NCBI GenBank assembly: GCA_943704425.1
Contig: CALSCP010002497.1
Coordinates: 1 to 64,000 of the forward strand
DNA from: Ministeria vibrans ATCC 50519
Taxonomy: Eukaryota; Protista; Filasterea
Reading direction: 5' to 3'
Length of the DNA stretch: 64,000 bases
Shown here: piece after piece, positions 1 through 15,480 of the stretch
Layout of the letters: the number at the start of each line of letters is the position of its first letter
How positions within the stretch are numbered: the first letter of the stretch is position 1
Notes under the pieces: model-generated
What the model was told of the DNA's origin: nothing
The model's database searches: none
The model's input: only the letters and a program-made list of their open reading frames with translations
Program-made: the position numbers and the translations under genes

Positions 1-120
<120 letters not shown>

Positions 121-173
121 TCTCCCCTCTATCGCGTTGTTTCTTTTGTCTTCCTTTCTCTCTGTGCGTTCAG

Positions 174-493
174 GATGTGTGTATGCCCGTTCGTCGAGCG
201 TTGTGGACGACGATGCGACGCGCGTGTGGCTGCTGTCGAGTGCACCGCCTCCGTCGGTTGCCAAGCGACGCAAAGAGGAGTCGGAGAAGAACAAAGTCCT
301 TGAGGGCCACTCGAATGTGTCGCAGTTGGAGGACAACCTTCAAAAGCGGTTCCAGTCGTACAAGGACACGGGCGGGCAGATGGTCGCCCCTCTGGCGCGC
401 AAGGATCTGCGCAACGCACGCAAGGATGGCCGTCTGGGCGAGACTATGCTCGACCGCAGGACCAAGGTCAAGGCCGATCGCTACTGCAAGTGA
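174..493 (+). CDS. FRG1: FRG1 (FSHD region gene 1 protein), last exon; upstream exons lie outside the window
   Basis: A cag acceptor at 171-173 follows a (TC)n tract. The exon ends ...KRFQSYKD...ARKDGRLGETMLDRRTKVKADRYCK*, matching the FRG1 C-terminus (KKFQSFQD...[25 protein letters not shown]). Confidence 0.93.
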
Positions 494-593
494 GTGATAT
501 AGACAGAGATAGATGGAGACAGAAGAGGGAGTCGGACGTTGCGAAGAGAGTCAAGAGTAAAAAAGTTGTACATTTTTTTTATTGCGGGTATTC

Positions 594-1353
<760 letters not shown>

Positions 1354-1526
1354 TGGTCACCGAATCCGAAACAGTCAAACGCACAAAGCTGTGTGCACTG
1401 GCCCCAAAGGAACGTTGGTGATGTGAAGCGCACCGTTCAACGGAGATATGAGAAATAATGAATGAATAGATCTGAACTTTTCCATACTCCCAGAGTTCAC
1501 TTTCTTTCGAAAAAGTATGAAATAGA

Positions 1527-3992
1527 ATGACTAAACTTACGCGGACACAACGGATTCTGTTCTATACGACGCTCTTGCTTGTGTGCTTTTGCTACTTTAC
1601 GGCCGTCAACTTTAGTGGGTCGACAAGCGTGAAACGTCCAGCAGAGTCAATTGACAACCCTCTTCATCTTCATGACGCCACATCACACAGCATAGTCTCC
1701 AAAGTATCCGAGATACACACATGGTCACAAGAGGTCGACTCCACCAGTCGGCGTGAGTCATCAGAATCGAGCGGATCGCGATTGGGCACTCCGGAAACAA
1801 CAATCAGTGTCAAACGTGACAGATTGCAACCTCCCCCTCGTACTCCTCCGCTGCCCGCTTCGTTCTTGCCAACGGTCCGAGGACCAAACATTGTGTCAAA
1901 CCACGACTTTGCAGCGCCTCTCCACCACAATCCCGCGTCGATTCAGGAGGCGTTTTCATCGTGGCGCGTCGACGGCAAGTCGTGGCACAATGTCTCGTGT
2001 GTGTCCGCCATGGGAACGTCGCCGAGTTGTTCGCACGCGCGCAAACAGGTCTTGGGCGTTGACTGCAGTCATCAGTTTGTGCGTGCCGCTCTTCAGTTTA
2101 TTCCCATTGTCGTACCGCCCCATCTCTCGCTGCGATCGTTGGACGTGCGTCTGACCGTTGCCGGCGTCGACATCTCAGTGGCGCACAACAGCAAAGGGCG
2201 TCCCATTGCGGGCCTCTATGCTCGCATCCGTTTTCGAAAGCCGTCGTCGACGGTCGATATCGTCGATGCACCGTCTAACAACACTGCTACTGCAAACACA
2301 ACGCACGATCGCGTGGTTCATATCCCCGTAAAAATGGGCTCTTACGGCTTTGCGACCGCTCATCGCGAAGTTTTCGTGAACGACGTTAATGCACGCCATC
2401 CCGTTGAGTCGGTGACTCTCATGCTTACTTGCTTTGGACACAAGGGGCACCTGTACTTTGACTCGGTGGTGGTCGAACCCATTCTCGAAGTGAAAAAGAG
2501 CGTGAGCGCTCATGGTCAGTCTCTCATTGAGTTGGACGCAATTGCCGACAACAACAAGCGTGTCTCCATCGTGCCGGGGTGTCCGCCCTACTACACCGCC
2601 GGCGAACACACCTTCCGCCAAGCGTTCCATGTCAGCGTGGTGCAAGAATTCCCGCGGCGCAGTTCGGTCCCACACAGCAGCGACAGTGTCACACTCGCCA
2701 TCCATGGCACCGTCAACCGCCTTGCCACTATCGCCCTGACGCTCCAAATCTTCAAGGGGCCTGTGTCGCTCGCCATTTACACAGACCACATGAATCGCAG
2801 CGAGGCAGACGTGGCCGTGCGCGAGCGACTACTTAACGGCCACACATGCACGCCAAGTCGCTGTCGCCTGGTCGTCGTGACGCCTCGTGATGCCCAACGC
2901 GACATCGAGTATCCGGGCAACATGCTACGCAACATGGCGCTTGAGGGAGCCACTATCACCGACTATGTCTTCCCTCTCGACTCCGACTTTGTGCCTAGTC
3001 CTCTTTTCCCGCGTCTCTTTGCCAGCACGCTAAAGGCACTCTCCGACTCGCAACGCAATCGCCTCAATCTCACTGCTTTTGTGGTGCCTGCTTTTGAACT
3101 GAACAGGTCCGTGTGATTATGACTAGCATCCCATGTGTGTGTGGACGCACGTGTCTCTATCGATATAATTATTTCATAATTATTGTTGTATTCTCCTGCA
3201 TCTCTGTGGGATCTCTGTGCATGCGCTTCATGTCGTACGTGTCTTCGCCGTGTCTCACTCTTGCGTATTATTATTACGACGTAGTATACATGAAATGCAA
3301 TCGGACGGGTCGTACAACGTACCCGCAGATGTGCTTGTGCAGGAGGCACAAGACAGACTGCCGACACACAAGCGCGAAATCCAACAAGCAATGCGTAACA
3401 AAACGATGGACATCTTTCAGGTAAAATAATTATTATTATTATTATTATTATTATAATTATAAAAATAATATATTATACGAGCGTCGTATTGGTCCCACGC
3501 ATGGGCGTGCAATATTTTATTCAAGAGTTATTAATTTGACGTATGGTGCAGTTTGTGCACAAACCTGCAGAGCACAACGCAACCAACTACGCGCGATGGT
3601 TCCGGTCGTCCGACCTGTACCCTGTTGCGACGGACGGCAGCGACGGCACTGGATACTCTCTGTTCCACTATGAACCCTTTGTCGTGGTGCACCGCCAGTC
3701 GCCCCATCTGCCTCGCTACGACGAGCGATTCACTGGCTTTGGCATGAACAAGGTCAGTTGGGTGATGAGCCTCGCGGCTGCCCACTACCACTTTCTGGTG
3801 CTCCCCGAGCACTTTGTCACCCACGTTGCCCATGACAAAACCAATGCCTTTGCCGCCTTCCTCACCGATGTCGACACACGTCTGCTCAACCGTGTTCACA
3901 GCTACGAATATCTTGCCAATGCCATTCGTGAGCATCATCTTGCCGACTGCGCTCATCTCAAAGCGGAAAAACGAAAAGACATATTGTTATAA
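1527..3992 (+). CDS. Type II membrane GT49 glycosyltransferase (LARGE/B4GAT1-like glucuronyltransferase domain) with an N-terminal CBM-like domain; exons 1527-3106, 3285-3420, 3552-3992
   Basis: N-terminal TM (ILFYTTLLLVCFCYFTAV). GT49 motifs are YPGNMLRNMA, DxD in PLDSDFVP, AFVVPAFE, HNATNYARW and YEPFVVV...YDERFTGFGMNKVS...FLVLPEHFVTHVAH. GT-AG splices keep the frame. Confidence 0.9.
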
Positions 3993-4168
3993 TTATTATT
4001 ATAATTATTATGATTAATTTTTAAAAATAAAAGTATAATAAATTTATCATTATCAAGAATCAGTGAGTTCAGTTAGTTGTGACTTAGATTATTCGATGTT
4101 AACGTGAAACGTGACTCAAACGTCTGTCTCTTCTTCAATTTTTTTTCCGCGCCTTCATCGTAATATTA

Positions 4169-6617
4169 ATGTCTCGCTTCACTGCGTTGGCGTGCTTTTT
4201 TCTCGTCGGTGTGAGTCTGGGCACAGTGTGGGTTGCCATTTTCAATTCTGCGGATGCAAAGCTATTGCTCCGCGCCCTGGGCGACTCACGCACCTTCCCT
4301 CCCATCTATCTCTCGTCAGATGGCGTGCCCAGTCCGTTTGATACAAGGCGCTACGATCCTGACCAGAAACCCAAGCAGATCGAGCAGAGCAGCGAAGAGC
4401 AATCCATTGTGGTGGAGATGTTGAAGCGATGCGTTGACGGCGACGAGATATCGCCCACTCTGAAGCCAATCAACTGCCTGCCCATCCTCCAAAAGGCCGG
4501 TTTGCTACCCCTTACTTTTCGCATCCCTGGCGACGACACAGACGACAACGAAGAGGCTTATACGCGTACGGCGCTGCCGAAAAATGCGTCTACGACATCA
4601 AGATTCGATTTCGACCTTGTGAACCAATTAATACGCGAGCAAGAGATTGAATCGCGCATGTCGCGCCACTACCGATCGGGAAACCACTACGAGGGCTTTC
4701 AGGTGCAACCACTCTGCCATTTGAAGCACCACCTCTTTGTAGTTAACCTGTCCATTACTGTCAATTGTCTTTCACAAAAACAGATACCCACCAACGGCTC
4801 CTGGACGCCAACGCGCCTGACCGCCCTCCCCGACAATATGGAGGCATTTTACCAGCAGTATATGGTGCGACGAGAGCCTGTCATATTTGATTTACGGGAG
4901 ACGGGAGGGTTTGAAAAGGTGCGTTGTAGTAGTCCCTGCAAGTTGAAGATAGTGATGTGCTACGTCGTACCTTAACGACCGTTCATGGGCATGTGTGTTG
5001 TATTTGACGGCGTAGTGGCTCAAGTGGAGAACGCATCTATGGTCAAATGATTATTTGATAGAAACGGCAGGATACGAAAGGGTGAGAAAAATATTACATT
5101 TGGGAGGACATAAAAAAGGGAAATATCCTTGTTCTATGTTCTCGATATCAGGTCAAGTGTGAAAGAAAACGCATTGCAAAGCGCAACGAAACGGTCATGT
5201 TTGGAGCGGTTGATGATTCGTACAAAGGACCGCAGGTAATGTATCATGATCATCGACGATGAACTGTTTGAGAGAAACCCTAGTATAGGTCCCTGACATA
5301 ATTAATACTCCTTGTAGATGGAAAGAGTTGAACTGGATTTTGGAGATTATGTTAAACGAGTGCTGGTTCCTCCGCCCGAGAAACAACTCTTTAGTCACTA
5401 CATGAACCTCCAATCGGACGCTGAGTCCAGTGGATCGGAAATTGCCGAACCAATCACTTTCGTAAGGGACAAGAGCATGCTCCGTGATACTGTTCACAAA
5501 AGCAGGTAGAGATCAAACATAATGAAAATGGACTGATGTAGGCACCACTCGCTGCCCTCTCGACCGACTACCACATTCCGCACTTTTTTTCTCACCGTCG
5601 AATTGTCTCGGTAAAGATTAAAGAGAAACTGAAGGAGAGAGAACGGAGGGAGAAACAAAGTGACAGGCCAGATAGCTATAATTAGAGAGATTTAGAGAGA
5701 TCTAAAGCGTGTGCGTACATGCAATACGAGTTTTATTTTGATTAGTGTGTTGGGTGGTTAGACTGACTAGCCTGCATCTATTTGCGCAGGTGAACATGTG
5801 GCTGGGTCGGTCAGGCACTGAGATTGGAGGGCGGTCGCAATTGCACATCGACTCAAAGTACCGAGTCAAACAATTATGAATATGTCTGTGCCCGTGTGTG
5901 TATGTGTTGCACTGACGTTGATTGATTTTGTACTGTAGCGACAATCTATATGCCTTGATAGCGGGTCGCAAGCGAGTGCTGCTCTACCCGCCCTCTGACT
6001 CCTCTCGAATCCACTACAAGGCACATACATAAAAATATTATTGATTTTTGGAGGGTTTGTATCTGTCACGCGCGTCCACGTGCACACACACACACACAAT
6101 GCACACGTGACACGCACGCATACACATAATTATATATTATATTATATATTATATAATTATATATATACATACAGACGCACACACGTACACACACACACAA
6201 ATAGCTTTAACTCTTTATCCACATTTCTCTCTCTGTATCTCTTATGTATAGACGCCCGTTGCGTATGTGTCGCCCAACGGGGATGTTGCACTACAGCCCA
6301 TGGCACACGCCAGCGACGACCACTTCTCCAAGATCCGTCTTGATCGCATTGACGAGAGTCGCTTTGCCTCCTTTCTCGAGGCTCGTCCGACTGTCTTTGA
6401 CTTGCTTCCCAATCAGCTCCTTTATCTTCCTCATGGCTGGGCCCACTCCTTTGAGTCCTTTGACCGCCATGTAAATAGTCGTCCCCCCTGTTTGATCGAT
6501 GTTTGATCTACTCATTTGAAACTCACACTCTGCACATCTTTGTAGATTGCTCTCAATTTCTGGTTGGCTGACACGTACTTTGACCCGCAATGCGACAAAG
6601 AAACGTGTCACAGATGA
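4169..6617 (+). CDS. Signal/TM-anchored JmjC (cupin_8-type) 2OG-Fe(II) dioxygenase, about 10 exons
   Basis: Hydrophobic N-terminus (ALACFFLVGVSLGTVWVAIF). The spliced product contains FYQQYMVRREPVIF, WSNDYL, YMNLQ, VNMWLG..SQLHIDSNDNLYALIAGRKRVLLYPP, LLYLPHGWAHSFES and IALNFW, giving the HxD...H triad and 2OG-binding Lys. Confidence 0.85.
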
Positions 6618-6696
6618 AGACATGTACAGGGGCGAACGAACAAAAAGAAATACGTAAATTTTTCGAATTGTCGAGTCCCCACAATCATGAAGACAG

Positions 6697-6767
6697 ACCA
6701 TGAAACCCATCCGAAACTCTAAAGGCAATCAAACCACGAAACCCATCCGAAACTCTAAAGGCAATCA
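6697..6767. repeat. Two-copy direct repeat, ~36-bp period (acca[t/c]gaaacccatccgaaactctaaaggcaatca)
   Basis: Read directly: copies at ~6697-6731 and ~6733-6767. Confidence 0.85.
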
Positions 6768-7098
6768 TGAAATGACGGCGACAGATCAGAGGTGTAAGTG
6801 TCGTCGCTATCTAGTGAGGTATTCGCAATGATAGGCCCTACCGAAGTCCTACCTACCCTTTGACCATGATGGAAGAAAAAAAGATGGCAAGCCGCAAGTG
6901 ATGTAAAGTGACACAACTGTACAGTCATCGTTGAGGCGGTCAGGTCGGTAGTCGGCGGCGGCAGCATGTATGCAGTGTGTACTCGACACAGGCGTGGCAT
7001 GCGATCACGTCGTTGAATGCAAGATGCCATTTGACACCGTCCGAACCGTCAAGAAAATGCCGTGGAGGGAAAAGTGAAGAAAAAATAGAGATAGTCGT

Positions 7099-7151
<53 letters not shown>

Positions 7152-7201
7152 GATAAAAAAAGATGTACTAAAGCGGTTTTGGCGCTGTGCGTTCAAGGCA
7201 A

Positions 7202-8184
7202 TTAAATCGGAGGTGTTGGGTAATCGACGGTGGACGGGCAGTTTGAGCTGGAGATGAGTTGAGTGGAGCAATCAATGGCCTTGAGCGTCGTCTTGGAGAT
7301 GCAGATGTTCACTTCGATGAGGGTGGAGCCGCTGCACGAGGTGTACGCCTTGATGCCGTACGCACGATTGATGGCATTGAGGATGGCATTGTTACTGTAC
7401 TCCTTTGACTGCGAAGGCTACACAGAGAAATCAAACGAAGTGAGATATGCAGAATACTTCAAGGAGATGACGGACCACGATGGAAGAGGCATTCAAAGCA
7501 GGGTCGACAGGGTACGTCTCCTTGATGGCAAGTGTTGTGTTGAAAAAGTCGAATCTAAAGGAAAAAGAAGATACATTTTTTTTGGTTGAGACGAAATAAA
7601 AATATTAAAATATTTTGTTACTCTGTGCTGAGCTGAGGAACAGACGCAGCGCAGGTACCGTGCTTGCAGTACTCATGGCTCCAGAAATCGGCGTTGGGAC
7701 CGGAGTAGCTGGGCCACCTGGTGAGCGAGGGAGTGAGGGAGAAGCCGAAAAACGTGCGGGAATGTGACGAACCATTTGTCGAGGGGAGTCTCAATGGGAG
7801 AGAGCGCAGAGGGGTCAAAGTTGCAGGTGCTGCAGTCGCTCGGGTAGGAGCCGTCGTCGTTGGTGGGCCACCTACGAAAAAGCGACGTGTTCAATGGATT
7901 TCGTGTTTCGTTTGGTATGGAGTGGTTCGCTTACAGTCCATGGAGAGTCCACCAGTCGATGCCCTTGGGTTCCGTCGTGCATGTGCTTGTGCGGCAGTAC
8001 CCGCCAACCCACTACGAAGAATGGGGCGCGGTTATTGAGGGATTGCGCTCAGCGGAGGGGGCGATGCGACCTGCTGCACAAGAATGAGCAGATCGAAGCT
8101 ATCGCTGCTGCGGAGACGGGCGGGCGCTGCACCCGAGCCGACAATACACACTGTGGCAACAAGGAGGAGAATAATGCGGGTCAT
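7202..8184 (-). CDS. RNASET2: Secreted ribonuclease T2, 6 exons
   Basis: Signal peptide MTRIILLLVATVCIVGSGA, then FDLLILVQQW..YC, CAS I WTLHGLWP, CAS II FWSHEYCKHGTC and C-terminal LIEVNICI. Stop TAA at 7202-7204. Confidence 0.93.
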
Positions 8185-8260
8185 TTCGAGAGAAGTGCGA
8201 ATAAAAATGTATTAATGAAACGAAGAATAAAGAATAAAGAATAGAGATTCAAGGATGTAC

Positions 8261-8261
<1 letters not shown>

Positions 8262-8333
<72 letters not shown>

Positions 8334-8357
8334 GACGTAATAATAATAATAATAATT
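8262..8357. repeat. (TAA)n microsatellite between the KCNQ stop and the RNase T2 start
   Basis: Read directly. Confidence 0.95.
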
Positions 8358-8395
8358 TTTACGATTATACAAAATGAATCAATATAATTATAACT

Positions 8396-13162
<4,767 letters not shown>

Positions 13163-13336
13163 GCCTGGGCATACAAGAAAATATGATCGTCACTTGATAA
13201 TTGATTATGTGATCATTCTTTAATCTTTTTTCCGTTTCTTACGACCTACTACTACGACGCTGTCTTGATACTCCCAAACCCACGAATAGGCGAATAGTTA
13301 AACTATACTCGATTATACATCTTTTCCATTCTCAAC

Positions 13337-15210
13337 ATGGGTTGCGGCAGCTCCAAATCAACAGCGGTGCCCGACAAAAAGGTATTCGTGCGCTTCTGCT
13401 CGCTTCAAGCATCCCTTTCGCTCTCGACCTCTCAGCATACCTTTCTGTTTGTCACCATAGCTTCATAACTCCTTCAGCATATCCTCTTGTTCCTCACATG
13501 CCAATTTGCGTTATTCTTTTCGTTGTTGCCATGGCAAATTCGCAAACTCTCCACTGATTAAGTCTCTCTCCTTCTCTCCCATTCCTTCGCTCCATTTCAG
13601 AACTCCAGCGCAGCTTCAAAGTCTCGAAGCTCTAAGTCATCGGTCTCTTCCAGGTATCACCAACTCGATGAATCCAATGGATGAGCCTTTTGAGGATTTT
13701 CTTCTTCTTTTTTTTCTTTCTTGTCTTGACTCTCTTTCTGTTGCATCCTCCAACTTCAGGGGGAGGCGCGCCACCAGTGAGTCGTCAAGTGGATCTGATT
13801 TTGAAGACGAGCGGGGACATGGAAGTCGTTCGAAGAAGAGCAGCCAAACGAGGACGAAGAAGACGAAGAAGAAGAAGAAGCAGGTCGGAGAGAGTGCGAG
13901 CGACGACGACGATTCGGAGGAGTCGATGTACGGCAAGAAGAAGACGAAGAAGAAGACCAAGTCGACAAAGTACAGCAGCAGCGAAGAGGAAAGCAGTAGC
14001 GAGGAGGAAGAGCAGGTGAAGACGAAACGTAAGGCATCGTTGCCCACAAAGCGCGCCGTTGCATTTGAAGTGGGAGCAGACGACTCACAGGTTAGTTTTG
14101 GGTTTGTCGAATTAGTTTCATTTCTGATCACGTGTATCCTTCTTGCAATTGCTGTCATTTCAGATTGTGGCGGGTAAAAAGCCATCAAAGATGACAACGG
14201 GGTCGACAGCGTCGGACGGGCGCAAGAAGAAGGCACTGAAACGCGAGCTGGAAAAGAAGCAAGAGTTGGCGGAGAAACGCAAGGCGGCGCTGGAACAAGA
14301 GAAGAAGGCGGTAGAAATATTATTGTTCTTGTTAAATATATGCACCGTGTTTATCAATTTTGGACGTTTTAGGAGCTGGAAAGACGGGAGAAGCGTGCAG
14401 AGGAGGTACGCAAGCGCAAACAAAAACTTAAAGAGGTGAGGTTGGAAAAAATAATTGAAACACAAAATATGGTACAATTTTTCGCGCAATTTAAACTGAA
14501 TACCTCTGGAATAATAATATTATAACTAGGAGGAAGAGGCTCTGGAGCGGAGTGGCGGAGGAGGACGACGATCGCCGGTGAAGAAGGCGGTGGGGAAAGC
14601 GAATTCGAAGGGAACACCGGTGAAAACGACGAAGAAACGAACGGAGGCAGAAAGTGATGAGTCAAGCGAGAGTGAGGGGTACAGTACGAAGCGCAGCAAG
14701 GGCGGATCGAGCAACAAGAAGAAGACCAAGGGGGAAAAGATGAGCACTAGCAGCAGTGAGGAGGACAGTGATGATGAAGCAGAGCGCAAACGGAAGCAGA
14801 AGAAGAATAGGAAGTTCAATATAGGCACTAGCGACAGTGAGAGTGACAGTGCCCCCGCGAGCACAAAGAAGAAGGCGACAGGGTCGAAGAAAGTGCCGGT
14901 ACGCACACCCAGTAAAGGAAAGAATTCAAAGGCTGCAAGTGTCAGGCACGACAGCGACGAAGACAGTGAGGAAGAAGAGGAGGAGGAGCACAAGGGGACA
15001 AAGAAGAAGAGCAGCAGCAAGCCGTCAAAGAGGAAGCCATCAAAGGTGCAGACGAGCTCATCCGCTTCAGAATCGGAGTCAGAGTCAGAATCGGAGGAGG
15101 AGGTGCGCAGGAAGACAAAGAGGACACCTGTAAAGGGCAAGGAAGCGAGCAAGGGGAGTGTGGGCAAAAACAAGAAGGGGAAGAAGGAGGACAGTGACTC
15201 CGACTGGTGA
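13337..15210 (+). CDS. N-acylated, low-complexity K/S/E-rich protein with a central stathmin-like segment, about 6 exons
   Basis: Starts MGCGSSK (myristoyl/palmitoyl motif). The spliced centre is KRAVAFEV...KRELEKKQELAEKRKAALEQEKKAELERREKRAEEVRKRKQKLKE. It ends DSDSDW*. Confidence 0.7.
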
Positions 15211-15480
15211 ATTCCTGTATGCGATGATTCGCGATACACCATCATTGATACGTTGTCGAGTAGAGTTTGATAAACGTTTTAAGAGAGAGAGAGAGAGAGA
15301 AGTAATTAAGATTGATCATTGAAGGGTAAAGCGCTACTCCATGGATTTAAATCATGAAGAATAGGTATTAATTTCGATTAAAAATAGGTATTATTGTTAA
15401 TTCTATAATACGAAAAGAAAAATACATTCGAGATGATTTTTTTGCATTTTTTTGAAACTGAAAGAACACACATGAGGTCG

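Noticed and set aside
6697-6767. 36-bp direct repeat and the 9375-9730 minisatellite as CRISPR-like arrays
   Set aside because: No unique spacers and no cas genes; the context is eukaryotic intron or UTR.
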